A stretch of 64,000 bases of DNA from Candidatus Woesebacteria bacterium (GTDB taxonomy: Bacteria > Patescibacteriota > Microgenomatia > UBA12405), in the NCBI GenBank assembly GCA_035402805.1, contig DAONDY010000001.1, positions 253,672 to 317,671 of the forward strand. Reading direction: 5' to 3'. Both the position numbers and the translations under genes were made by a program. The first letter of the stretch is position 1; every line of letters begins with the position of its first letter. The notes below the pieces were generated by a model. It made no database searches, was not told the origin of the DNA, and saw only the letters and a list, made by a program, of their open reading frames with translations. Positions 19,398 through 29,317 of the stretch are shown here, piece after piece.

Positions 19398-20782
19398 ACA
19401 TCTTTAGACCAATAATTGCCATTCTTCTTTTTTTTATTCCTCTCTATCCTAAATTTCCCTTAATTGGCGTCACTGGTACCTATGTTGCTATTCGTCTAGA
19501 TGATATTGTCATTGCCATTTCTATTTTAATCTGGCTTATTTATCAAATAATTCATAAATTTCCAGTTTTTAAAGTAAAAATTACCAAATTATTTTTAGTC
19601 TATTTTTTGGCCATTATTGCCAGCTTCGTTACCGCTTTTTTAATTTATCGAAACACCACTCCTGATAATATTTTAATACTTCATCTCCTACGTCGTTTTG
19701 AATATATTTCCTTATTTTTTATTGCCCTTAACAGTATTAACTCAACTCAAGATTTTAAACTCAGTTATATTTTTCTTCTGATTTCTACTTTTTTTGTCAG
19801 CATTTACGGTTATGGTCAAAAATATCTGCAATTTCCAGTAATTTCCACCATGAATTCAGAATTTTCCAAAGGTCAACTAATTAAAATGAGTACTTGGACT
19901 AGAATTAATTCTACTTTTGCTGGCCATTATGATTTAGCCGCCTTTTTAAGTGTCGTTTTAGTTATTATTGCCGTTGTTTTTATTGTTAGTAAAAACATTT
20001 GGACAAAAATAATCAGTTTTATTGTTTGGATTGCCGCTTATCCAATTTTTACTTTTACCGCTTCTCGTGTCTCCACTTTTGCTTTTTTAGGCGGCATTTG
20101 TTTTACCCTATTTGTTTTAAGAAAATATCTCTGGATTATTCCTTTTTTTATTTTAGTTGGATTTAGCATCTTCAGTTCTAAAGACCTAAATCAAAGACTA
20201 TTAGCTACTATTCCCGCCATTAAAAATCAAATCAAAAACACTGCCACCTCCACCATAACTCCCACTCCAACTCCAGCACCAATCATTGCCGCTGTTACTC
20301 CAAAACCAAGTTCAAAACCAATCGTTCCCACCCCAACTGTCATCCGTAATAAACCAACCGAAAGTTATCCAACTGTCGACGCTGACGCCGGTGTTGCTAG
20401 ATCCGGAGAAATTCGCTTCAATGTCGAATGGCCCAGAGCCATTAATGCTTATAAAAAAAATATTATCACCGGCAGTGGTCTTGGCTCGATAACTTTAGCC
20501 ACCGACAATGATTATTTAAGATCTTTAGGGGAAAGCGGACTTTTAGGTTTTGTCTCTTTTATGGCTATAATTTTATTTTTTATAATAAAAACCATACCGT
20601 TGATTTTTAAAAAAGAAAAAACCAGCCATAATTTAATCTCCATAATTTTCTTAGGATGTCTCTTAACTACTTTAGCTAACGCCATTTTTATCGACGTTTT
20701 TGAAGCATCAAAGACAGCCTATCTTTTTTGGATAATGATGGGTCTTTATTATCAATCATTAAATCTAAAAAATGAAAAATAA
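19382..20782 (+). CDS. O-antigen ligase/Wzy_C-like membrane protein with Pro/Thr-rich insert
   Basis: Polytopic; R..STF, TASR, GSGLG and DNDYLR..GESGLLG motifs. Confidence 0.75.
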   Translation: MFKNINIFRPIIAILLFFIPLYPKFPLIGVTGTYVAIRLDDIVIAISILIWLIYQIIHKFPVFKVKITKLFLVYFLAIIASFVTAFLIYRNTTPDNILILHLLRRFEYISLFFIALNSINSTQDFKLSYIFLLISTFFVSIYGYGQKYLQFPVISTMNSEFSKGQLIKMSTWTRINSTFAGHYDLAAFLSVVLVIIAVVFIVSKNIWTKIISFIVWIAAYPIFTFTASRVSTFAFLGGICFTLFVLRKYLWIIPFFILVGFSIFSSKDLNQRLLATIPAIKNQIKNTATSTITPTPTPAPIIAAVTPKPSSKPIVPTPTVIRNKPTESYPTVDADAGVARSGEIRFNVEWPRAINAYKKNIITGSGLGSITLATDNDYLRSLGESGLLGFVSFMAIILFFIIKTIPLIFKKEKTSHNLISIIFLGCLLTTLANAIFIDVFEASKTAYLFWIMMGLYYQSLNLKNEK

Positions 20783-21986
20783 ACGCAAAATTTTAATGCT
20801 TACTCCTTATCTCCCTCGTCGCGCTCAATCTGGTGGACAAAATAGCTCCTATTATTCCATAAAATATCTCGCAGCTGAAAACGATATTACTCTAATTTGT
20901 TTCAGTCGTGATCAAGAGGGTCTAGAAGAAATTAAACAATTTTGTAAAAAAGTTATTGTTGTTAAACGCGGTAAAACTTGGACTGCTAAAAAAATTCTCT
21001 ATACCGGTTTTAGTACTTATCCTTTTTTAGTCGCCAACTATATTAGTAGTGAGTTAAAAAAAACCATTGCTATTGAATTAAAGAATCACCAATATGACTT
21101 AATTCATTGTGAATGTTTTTATTTAATGCCCAATATTCCTAAAACCGAAATTCCCATCGTTCTTGTTGATCAAACTATTGAATACGCTGTTTACCAACAT
21201 TATGTCGAAACTGTTCAAAAGTGGAAAAAAATAATTAAACCATTTCTATGGCTCGATGTTATTAAATTAAAATATTGGGAAACTTATTATTGGAAAAATA
21301 CCCACACTGTAGTTGCTTTTGCTGCTGAAGATCAAGAATTAATTTGTAAAGTTACTGGTCGAAAAGACATTAAACTTTTTCAAAATGGTGTTGATAATAA
21401 ATTTTTTGAATCAAAAACAAAAACCCCAAAAAGTCCGTTTCCATCCATTCTTTTTGGCGTTTCCAACATGAAATGGATGCAAAACCGCGAATCAGTCGAA
21501 ATGATTATTAAAGATTCTTGGCCAGCAATCAAAAAGACCATCCCTGAATGCAAACTTTATATTATTGGTCGTGGTGCTCCAGATTATTATGGTCATTATC
21601 GATCTAAAGATATAGTTGTTGAAGAGGCTGATTTTGATGGTGAAGCTCATGATCCTATATATTATTACCAGTATTGTTGGACTTTAGTCGCTCCTATGGG
21701 TAGTGGTGGAGGTACTCGTAATAAATTCCTAGAAGCTATGGCTTGTCGACTTCCAATTGTCACCACTCCAGAAGGAATGGGCGGAATTAAAATTGAAAAT
21801 TTCAAACAATCTATTATTTGCAGCTATGATCAAATTGCTAAAAACACTATTGACCTTTTAAAAGATGATAAGAGAAGAACCAAAATGGGGGATGAAGCCA
21901 ATAAACTTATCAGCAGTAAATACTCCTATCAAAGTAGTGTTAATGGTTTAAACCAAATTTATAAAGAAATTACTAATAAAAAATAA
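20772..21986 (+). CDS. Glycosyltransferase family 4
   Basis: GSGGGTRNKFLEAMA..P motif. Confidence 0.85.
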   Translation: MKNKRKILMLTPYLPRRAQSGGQNSSYYSIKYLAAENDITLICFSRDQEGLEEIKQFCKKVIVVKRGKTWTAKKILYTGFSTYPFLVANYISSELKKTIAIELKNHQYDLIHCECFYLMPNIPKTEIPIVLVDQTIEYAVYQHYVETVQKWKKIIKPFLWLDVIKLKYWETYYWKNTHTVVAFAAEDQELICKVTGRKDIKLFQNGVDNKFFESKTKTPKSPFPSILFGVSNMKWMQNRESVEMIIKDSWPAIKKTIPECKLYIIGRGAPDYYGHYRSKDIVVEEADFDGEAHDPIYYYQYCWTLVAPMGSGGGTRNKFLEAMACRLPIVTTPEGMGGIKIENFKQSIICSYDQIAKNTIDLLKDDKRRTKMGDEANKLISSKYSYQSSVNGLNQIYKEITNKK

Positions 21987-21987
21987 A

Positions 21988-22899
21988 ATGGATTTATCTG
22001 TCATTATTCTTAACTACAATTCAGCTGACTATCTTAAAAAATGTCTTGAAAGTATCAGCAAGTCAGATATTGGTAATTATCAGTATGAAGTCATTGTGGT
22101 CGATAATTGTTCCACTGATAACAGTATAAAACTAGCCAAAGATTCTAAAACACCAAATACTAAGTACTTGATATTAAACACTAATAAAGGTTTTGCTTAT
22201 GGCAATAACCAAGGTTTAAAAGAAATCAATCCCAAAACTCGTTTTGTTTTATTTTTAAATCCCGACACCATCATTCAAAAAAATACATTTAAAAACATGA
22301 TCGATTTTTTTGACCATAATAAAGATGTTTCCGCCGCCACTTGTCAAATAGATCTTGCTCTTACAGGTAAAATGCAACCAGAATGTCATCGCGGTTTTCC
22401 TACTCCATGGAATTCTTTATGTTATTTTAGTGGACTCTCAAAGTTATTTCCTAAATCAAAAATATTTTCTGGGTATTTTATGGGTAATTTAGATCTCACT
22501 GTTCCTCATAAAATTGATGCTTGTGTCGGCGCTTTCCTAATGGTTAAAAAAGACGTCGGTGACAAAGTTAATTGGTGGAATGAAAAATATTTTTTCTATG
22601 GTGAAGATTTAGATTTTTGTTATCAATTAAAAAAACAAAATTTTAATTTATTCTTTAATCCCGATTGTAAAATTATCCATTATCAAGGTGTTTCCTCTGG
22701 CTTAATTAGTAAAAGTAAACATCTCTCCCTGGCTTCTAGAGAAACAAAAATTAAAGTGGCTAAAGCCAGCACTCAGGCCATGAAAATTTTTTATCAAGAA
22801 AATTTATTTTCTAATTATTCGGCTCCAATTCGACTTTTAGTTATGCTCGGTATTAAAATACTAGAACTTAAAAGAGTTTTTAAAGCCAGATATTTATGA
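21988..22899 (+). CDS. Glycosyltransferase family 2
   Basis: DNCSTD, NKGFAYGNN, LNPD and YGEDLD motifs. Confidence 0.9.
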   Translation: MDLSVIILNYNSADYLKKCLESISKSDIGNYQYEVIVVDNCSTDNSIKLAKDSKTPNTKYLILNTNKGFAYGNNQGLKEINPKTRFVLFLNPDTIIQKNTFKNMIDFFDHNKDVSAATCQIDLALTGKMQPECHRGFPTPWNSLCYFSGLSKLFPKSKIFSGYFMGNLDLTVPHKIDACVGAFLMVKKDVGDKVNWWNEKYFFYGEDLDFCYQLKKQNFNLFFNPDCKIIHYQGVSSGLISKSKHLSLASRETKIKVAKASTQAMKIFYQENLFSNYSAPIRLLVMLGIKILELKRVFKARYL

Positions 22900-24011
22900 A
22901 AAAAATGAAACATATCGTTATTGATGCTCGTCTTTATGGACCAAAACACACTGGAATTGGTCGATATACTAAAAACTTACTTAAAGCTTTAGTAAAACTT
23001 CCTGATTTTAAAAAATATAAATTTACCCTCATCATTTATAAAAATTTAGAAGAAGAAGTCAAAAGAGATTTAGGTGATAATTTTAATTACGTTACCACCA
23101 ACATTCATCATTATTCTTTAGCTGAACAATTTTTATTGCCTTTTATTATTTACAGATTAAGAGCCGATTTAGTTCACTTTACTCACTTTAATAAACCAAT
23201 TCTTTATTTTAAAAAATCAGTCATTACTATTCATGATCTGATTAAGCACTTTTTTACCGGCAAAGACACTACTACAAAAAATCAATTTTTATACAGTCTA
23301 AAACACTTAGGTTATCTATTTTTAACCAATATTATCGTTAAAAGAAATCAATTAATTGTCCCCAGTAATTTTTGGCGCAAATATTTAATTAAAAAATATA
23401 AATTAAATCCATCAAAAGTTGTTACCACTCATGAAGCTGTTGATCCCACTTTTTTATTTAATGATCAGAATAGTCTCATCGAAACACCACAAAACTATAT
23501 TATCTATACCGGTAATTTATATACTCACAAAAATATAAAAGTTATTTTGGAAGCATTAAAAGGTTTACCAAATATTAGTCTTAAAATTATTTGCGCCAGA
23601 AGTTTTTTTAGTGAAAAATTAAAAGACAAAATAGTCGAAATGGGACTTAAAAAACAAGTTGAATTCTTGGGTTATTTAGACGACAAGCAGTTTAAAGATA
23701 TTTATCAAAAAGCTCTGGCTTTAGTCCATCCATCGTTAATGGAAGGCTTCAGTTTAACTGGTCTCGAAGCCATGGCTCTTAATTGTCCTGTTATTTCTTC
23801 TAATGCCAGTTGTTTACCGGAAATTTATGATGACTCAGTTTTATATTTTGACCCTAATAGTGCCCCGGATTTAGTTCAAAAAATTAATCAACTCAAAAAT
23901 AACCCCGAACTTAGACAAAAATTAATTAAATTAGGTCAACAACAACTTAAAAAATATTCTTGGTCTAAAACAGCCAAACTTACTATGGCTGTTTATAAAA
24001 AATTATTATGA
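22896..24011 (+). CDS. Glycosyltransferase family 4
   Basis: HKN and EGFSLTGLEAM motifs. Confidence 0.9.
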   Translation: MKKMKHIVIDARLYGPKHTGIGRYTKNLLKALVKLPDFKKYKFTLIIYKNLEEEVKRDLGDNFNYVTTNIHHYSLAEQFLLPFIIYRLRADLVHFTHFNKPILYFKKSVITIHDLIKHFFTGKDTTTKNQFLYSLKHLGYLFLTNIIVKRNQLIVPSNFWRKYLIKKYKLNPSKVVTTHEAVDPTFLFNDQNSLIETPQNYIIYTGNLYTHKNIKVILEALKGLPNISLKIICARSFFSEKLKDKIVEMGLKKQVEFLGYLDDKQFKDIYQKALALVHPSLMEGFSLTGLEAMALNCPVISSNASCLPEIYDDSVLYFDPNSAPDLVQKINQLKNNPELRQKLIKLGQQQLKKYSWSKTAKLTMAVYKKLL

Positions 24012-25099
24012 TCAAACCAAAGGTTGCTCTCTTTTATGATTGGTTAAACCAATGGGGAGGAGCCGAAAAAGTTTTATTAGACCTAATTAAACTTTACCCC
24101 AAAGCTCCTGTCTACACATTAATTTATGACCCAAAAAAAACTAAGTGGTTACCCAAAAATACTGTCGTAGTTCCTTCATTTCTTAACAAATTATCTCCTT
24201 CTAAAAAAAACAATATTCTTCACACTCCGCTTTATTCATCAGCTGTCCGCAGTTTTGATTTTTCTAAATTTGATATTGTCATTTCCACTTCATCAACTAT
24301 TGGCCACCATTTATTAATTCCTAAAAAAACCCTTTTTATTTGCTATCTTCACAACGTTAATCGCCACATTTATCAACAAAAATATCATTGGCCACTTTCT
24401 TATTTAATTTCTAAATATAAAGAAAAAGATAAACTTTACTCCCAAAATCCAGATTGTTTTTTTTGTAATTCCAAAACCGTTCAGAAAAGGATTTTTGATA
24501 TTTACAAACGAAAAGCCAAAATAATTTACCCGGGAATCGATACTTCTTTTTTTATTGCCTCAAAAAAGAAAGTGAAGGAAAAATATTTTTTAATTGTTTC
24601 CCGTTTGGTTTCTCATAAAAAAATTGATATTGCCATTAAAGCCTGTCATCAATTAAACAAAAAATTATATATTGTCGGCACTGGCCGAAATAAAAATAAG
24701 TTAAACAATTTAATTAATTATCTTAAAGACAAAAAGATAAAATTATTAGGTCAAATTGATAATGATAAACTTTTAAATCTTTATCAAAATTGTCAGGCCC
24801 TAATTTGCCCCCAATTAGAAGATTTTGGATTAACTCCTATTGAAGCTCAATCCTGTGGCAAACCAGTTATTGCCTACAACAAAGGAGGATTAACCGAAAC
24901 AGTAATTAATGAAAAAACAGGAATCTTTTTCAATAACCAAACAGTCAATGATTTAGTTGATGCTATTCAAATATTCGATTCAAAAAAATTTTCTCAAAAT
25001 CTTTGTCGGCAAAACGCTAAAAAATTTTCTAATCGAAGCTTTATGTTAAACTTTGAAAGAGAAGTAAATCTAATATGGAACAACAATCACCATCGATAA
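24008..25099 (+). CDS. Glycosyltransferase family 4 (WbaZ-like mannosyltransferase)
   Basis: DWLNQWGGAE and EDFGLTPIEAQ motifs. Confidence 0.85.
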   Translation: MIKPKVALFYDWLNQWGGAEKVLLDLIKLYPKAPVYTLIYDPKKTKWLPKNTVVVPSFLNKLSPSKKNNILHTPLYSSAVRSFDFSKFDIVISTSSTIGHHLLIPKKTLFICYLHNVNRHIYQQKYHWPLSYLISKYKEKDKLYSQNPDCFFCNSKTVQKRIFDIYKRKAKIIYPGIDTSFFIASKKKVKEKYFLIVSRLVSHKKIDIAIKACHQLNKKLYIVGTGRNKNKLNNLINYLKDKKIKLLGQIDNDKLLNLYQNCQALICPQLEDFGLTPIEAQSCGKPVIAYNKGGLTETVINEKTGIFFNNQTVNDLVDAIQIFDSKKFSQNLCRQNAKKFSNRSFMLNFEREVNLIWNNNHHR

Positions 25100-26175
25100 A
25101 GCATTATATTTTTGTCCTCTGTGGCGGCACTGGACCACGTCTTTGGCCATTATCTAGAAAAGACAATCCCAAACAATTTCTTTCTCTCTTAGACAAAAAA
25201 TCAATTCTAGAACAAACTCTCAAAAGATCTCAACGAACAGTTGATCCTCAAAATATTTATATAGTTTCTGGAAAAAATTACTTTGACAAAATTATTAAAA
25301 TCGCTAAAGATTTTAATCTAACTAAAAATGTCATCATTGAACCAGAAAAGAAAAATACTGCTTTAGCCATTCTCTACGCCGTCACTAAGATCAAACAAAT
25401 TGACCCTAATGCTGTTATTAGCACTCTTCCATCAGATCACTATATTAAAAACATTTCTCGATTTAAACAAACTTTAGCCAAAGCTAAACGAATAGCTCAA
25501 TTAACCAATACTATCGTTACTATTGGAATTAAACCCACCAAACCAGATTCTTCTTACGGTTATATTTATCCAGATAAAAAAATTGACGACTATTATCATG
25601 TTGCTAAATTTATTGAAAAACCAGACGCCAAAAAGGCTCAAGATTTAATTGATAAAAATTCTTATTGGAACTCAGGAATTTATACTTTTTCAATTTCCAC
25701 CATCCTTTCTGAATTTGAAAAATTACAACCAGAATATTTTTCCATCTTTAAAAGATTAGAAGAAAATTTAAATTATCCAAAAAAAATAGAACAAATTTAT
25801 AAAGAGTCTCCTGATCTGGCAATAGATAAGGCCATTTCAGAAAAATCATCAAAAATGACCATGGTTCCCGCCACCTTTGATTGGAGTGATATTGGTGAAT
25901 GGGAGACTATTTTTTCAAAATCAATTAAAAGAAAGGATAACAATGCCATTATTAATTCTAAAACTCAATTTTTAACCACTAATTCTCAAAATTGTTTAAT
26001 TTCTGGTCAAGATAAAAAATTAATCGGTTTGGTCGGAGTCAATAATTTAGCCGTTATTGATACTCCAGATGCTTTATTAGTTTGTAATTTAGACTCTAGT
26101 TTTAATGTTCGAGATTTAGTAAGCTTAATGGTGAAAAATAAAAAATATAAAGTATATTTCCTAGGTCAAAAATGA
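25075..26175 (+). CDS. manC: Mannose-1-phosphate guanylyltransferase
   Basis: GGTGPRLWPLSR..PKQF, EP..NTA, FIEKP and WSDIG motifs. Confidence 0.9.
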   Translation: MEQQSPSIKHYIFVLCGGTGPRLWPLSRKDNPKQFLSLLDKKSILEQTLKRSQRTVDPQNIYIVSGKNYFDKIIKIAKDFNLTKNVIIEPEKKNTALAILYAVTKIKQIDPNAVISTLPSDHYIKNISRFKQTLAKAKRIAQLTNTIVTIGIKPTKPDSSYGYIYPDKKIDDYYHVAKFIEKPDAKKAQDLIDKNSYWNSGIYTFSISTILSEFEKLQPEYFSIFKRLEENLNYPKKIEQIYKESPDLAIDKAISEKSSKMTMVPATFDWSDIGEWETIFSKSIKRKDNNAIINSKTQFLTTNSQNCLISGQDKKLIGLVGVNNLAVIDTPDALLVCNLDSSFNVRDLVSLMVKNKKYKVYFLGQK

Positions 26176-26810
26176 GAAAAAAAATATTTGCAATTTTTAA
26201 AAGAACCATCGACATCATAGGCTCTATAATCCTTTTGATTTTATTTTCTCCCATAATGTTAGTCACTATGGTTTTAATAAAATTTGGTTCAGTCGGACCA
26301 ATTTTTTTTAAGCAAAAAAGAGTTGGCAAAGGTAGCCACGAATTTTGGATGTATAAATTTCGTTCCATGTATATTGGCGATAACGATAAAAGACTTAGAG
26401 AAAATTATCCTGACTTATGGAAAAAATATAAAGAAAGTGGTTGGAAATTACCAATGTGTGAAGACCCTCGTATTACTCCCATCGGTAAAAAAATAAGATC
26501 TCTAACTATCGATGAATTTCCTCAATTGATTAATGTCTTAAAAGGGGACATGAGTCTAGTTGGACCAAGAGCTTATCGCGAGGAAGAACTTCAAGAACAA
26601 GAAAAACGATATCCTAAAACCAAAAAATATATTGAAATAATAAGAACAGCCAAACCCGGAATTACTGGTGTCTGGCAAACTTCAGGACGAAATGACATTA
26701 CCTTTGAAGATAGAGCCAAAATGGATGCTGAATATATCAAAAAAGAATCATTTCTTGAAGAGATATTGATAATTATCAAAACTCCAATGTCCATGTTGTC
26801 TCGCTGGTAG
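26172..26810 (+). CDS. Priming sugar-phosphate transferase (Bac_transf/PglC-like)
   Basis: KFRSM, DPRIT, DEFPQ..GDMSLVGPR and KPGITG motifs. Confidence 0.92.
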   Translation: MRKKIFAIFKRTIDIIGSIILLILFSPIMLVTMVLIKFGSVGPIFFKQKRVGKGSHEFWMYKFRSMYIGDNDKRLRENYPDLWKKYKESGWKLPMCEDPRITPIGKKIRSLTIDEFPQLINVLKGDMSLVGPRAYREEELQEQEKRYPKTKKYIEIIRTAKPGITGVWQTSGRNDITFEDRAKMDAEYIKKESFLEEILIIIKTPMSMLSRW

Positions 26811-26829
26811 TTTTAAGTTAAACTTTAAT

Positions 26830-28740
26830 ATGGATCAATTAAACCCTGTAGTGCCTCCTGTTAAAATCAAAAAAACAATTCCAAAATTTGTCTGGATTAT
26901 TTTAATCATTTTATCGATAATTACCGTCTTACTTTTCTTTTTTATTTTTGTCCCTGGCAAAAAAATATACTCTCAAGTTAAAAACATTAAAGAAATAATT
27001 CCTGCCGTTAAAGAAGCCATTAATGATAAGGATTTAGACAAGATTAAAGAATCTTTAAACACTGCCACTAATCAGGTTAACTCCATCGAAATTAATTATA
27101 AAAAACTTGCTTGGACAAAGATTTTACCCATAGTTGGTAACTATTATAAAGATGGCCAACAAGCTTTAATAATTGCCAATCAAGGAATTGACACCGGTAA
27201 AATATTAATTCAAGCAATTGAACCATATAAAGATTTCTTAGGTGCTAAAGGTTCTTCAACCAGCAACGAAAAAACCACCGAAGATAGAATTGCTTTTTTA
27301 ACCGAGTCAGTTGAAGGTTTGATTCCTTATTTAGACCAAATTGAAGCCAAAGCCGCCATTATTCAGACCGCCATAGAACAAATTGATCCAGATCGTTATC
27401 CGGAGGAATTTAGAGGTATTGAGCTTAAGTCCAATATAATCAAAGTTAAAGATATTGTTGATGAAAGCTACAAGTTTATTAAAGATGGTAAACCGATTAT
27501 CGGTAAAATATCTTGGCTTTTAGGTAAAGACTCTCCACGCAAATATCTAGTGATTTTTCAAAATGATGGTGAACTTCGACCTAGTGGTGGTTTTTGGACA
27601 GCCTACAGCACCCTTACTGTTAAAAATGGTAAAGTTATTCCCGGTACTGCCAGTAATATTTATGATCTTGACGATAAAATTGCCAGCAAAATTCCTGCAC
27701 CTCGTTTAATTAAAAGCTATCATATTGGCGTTCCTTACTTAAATCTTCGTGATAATAATCTTTCTCCAGATTTTCCGACAGATGCCCAAATATTTTTAGA
27801 TCAATATTACAAAGCCATGGGTAAAAAAGATAAATTTGACGCTGTAATTTCCATTGACACCAATCTTTTGGTTGATATGGTAAAAGTTCTCGGAAAACTC
27901 GACACTCGTGTTGGAACTTTCACTGCCGAACCAGATAAAAGGTGCAACGGTTGTCCGTCAATAATTTATGATTTGGAATGGATTGCTGGTCGACCTAGAA
28001 ATTACATCGAAAAAAATAGAAAAGATTTTATGAATCCACTCATGTCATCTTTGCTTTCCAATATAATGGGTTCAGAAAAAACCAAAATGCCTTCTATTAT
28101 TGAAGCAGGACTAAAAAACATTAATGAAAAACATGTTATGTTCTATTTCCCAGATGATGAAATACAAACTATAGGTAATTTAGCCAATATTACCGGGAAA
28201 ATAGTTGATGTCGAAAAAAATGTAGACTATTTTCATTTAAATGATGCCAATTTTGCCAGTGCTAAAAGCAATATTTTTATCACTCAAAAAATTAAACATG
28301 ACATCACCATTAAAAATAATGTTGCCGAACACAAAATCTCAGTAACTTACGAAAACCCAGCTCCAGCTTCTAACTGTAATCTAGAAAAAGGAGACCTTTG
28401 TCTTAATGCTTCTCAATATCGCGATTTGTTCCGATTCTACGTTCCCATCGGTTCTAAGTTAACCAAAATGACTGGTTCTGAAGTCGAAGCAGTCCAATAC
28501 GAAGAATTAAACAAACAAGTGTTTGAAGGTTTCTATGGTAATAAATATGCCTTAAATGCCAAATCTAGTATAAAAACTTCAATTCAATATACTTCCAGCG
28601 TCACAGTTGGTTCAACTTATACCTTATTGCTTCAAAAACAGCCAGGAACTAAACCGGTTGAATATGAACTAACAATTAATGGCGAAGAACAGCCTGCTTT
28701 TCAGTGGGTTGCTGATAAAACCATTAAATTTTCCCTATAA
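26830..28740 (+). CDS. DUF4012 domain-containing protein
   Basis: N-terminal TM; FQNDGELRPSGGF, RD.N.SPDFP and QKQPG motifs. Confidence 0.8.
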   Translation: MDQLNPVVPPVKIKKTIPKFVWIILIILSIITVLLFFFIFVPGKKIYSQVKNIKEIIPAVKEAINDKDLDKIKESLNTATNQVNSIEINYKKLAWTKILPIVGNYYKDGQQALIIANQGIDTGKILIQAIEPYKDFLGAKGSSTSNEKTTEDRIAFLTESVEGLIPYLDQIEAKAAIIQTAIEQIDPDRYPEEFRGIELKSNIIKVKDIVDESYKFIKDGKPIIGKISWLLGKDSPRKYLVIFQNDGELRPSGGFWTAYSTLTVKNGKVIPGTASNIYDLDDKIASKIPAPRLIKSYHIGVPYLNLRDNNLSPDFPTDAQIFLDQYYKAMGKKDKFDAVISIDTNLLVDMVKVLGKLDTRVGTFTAEPDKRCNGCPSIIYDLEWIAGRPRNYIEKNRKDFMNPLMSSLLSNIMGSEKTKMPSIIEAGLKNINEKHVMFYFPDDEIQTIGNLANITGKIVDVEKNVDYFHLNDANFASAKSNIFITQKIKHDITIKNNVAEHKISVTYENPAPASNCNLEKGDLCLNASQYRDLFRFYVPIGSKLTKMTGSEVEAVQYEELNKQVFEGFYGNKYALNAKSSIKTSIQYTSSVTVGSTYTLLLQKQPGTKPVEYELTINGEEQPAFQWVADKTIKFSL

Positions 28741-29300
28741 TGGATAAATACCAAAGTACAGTTGGCATTGTTATTAATAAAAAAACAATTAAAGAAACTG
28801 ATTTATTAGTAACTCTTTTAACCCCAAAAAACGGTAAAATAATTGCTCTCGCTAAAGGTGCCAAAAATATCAAGAGTAGTCGTTTAAGTTCTCTTCAGCT
28901 TGGTAATATTATCAAGGTTCAACTTTATCAAAAAAATGATTTTTTATGGTTATCAGAAGCCCAAACTATAACCCCTTTTCTTCAACACAATAAAAGCTTA
29001 ACTCAAATAAACCTATTATTTTATTTTTTAGAAATTTTAAATCGATTAATTGCTGAGAATCAACAAATCGAGAATATCTATAAAATCTCCCAAGACTTAG
29101 TTGAGGCTATTAATCAAAATCAATTACATCGTTATATTAAAAACGAAATTTTATTTTTAGAGACTCTCGGATTTGGTGTCCCAGATGAGATTACTCAATA
29201 TTTTAAAAAAGAAGATTATAAAACCACCCAACAACTTATTAAAGGATTTTTTGAGTCTATTATTGAAAAGCCCCTTGAAAGCAATAAACTTTTTAGGTAA
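28740..29300 (+). CDS. recO: DNA repair protein RecO (short)
   Basis: GIVI...KETD..VTLLT..GKI..AKG N-terminal OB fold. Confidence 0.8.
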   Translation: MDKYQSTVGIVINKKTIKETDLLVTLLTPKNGKIIALAKGAKNIKSSRLSSLQLGNIIKVQLYQKNDFLWLSEAQTITPFLQHNKSLTQINLLFYFLEILNRLIAENQQIENIYKISQDLVEAINQNQLHRYIKNEILFLETLGFGVPDEITQYFKKEDYKTTQQLIKGFFESIIEKPLESNKLFR

Positions 29301-29317
29301 ATCAGTTATAATATTGC

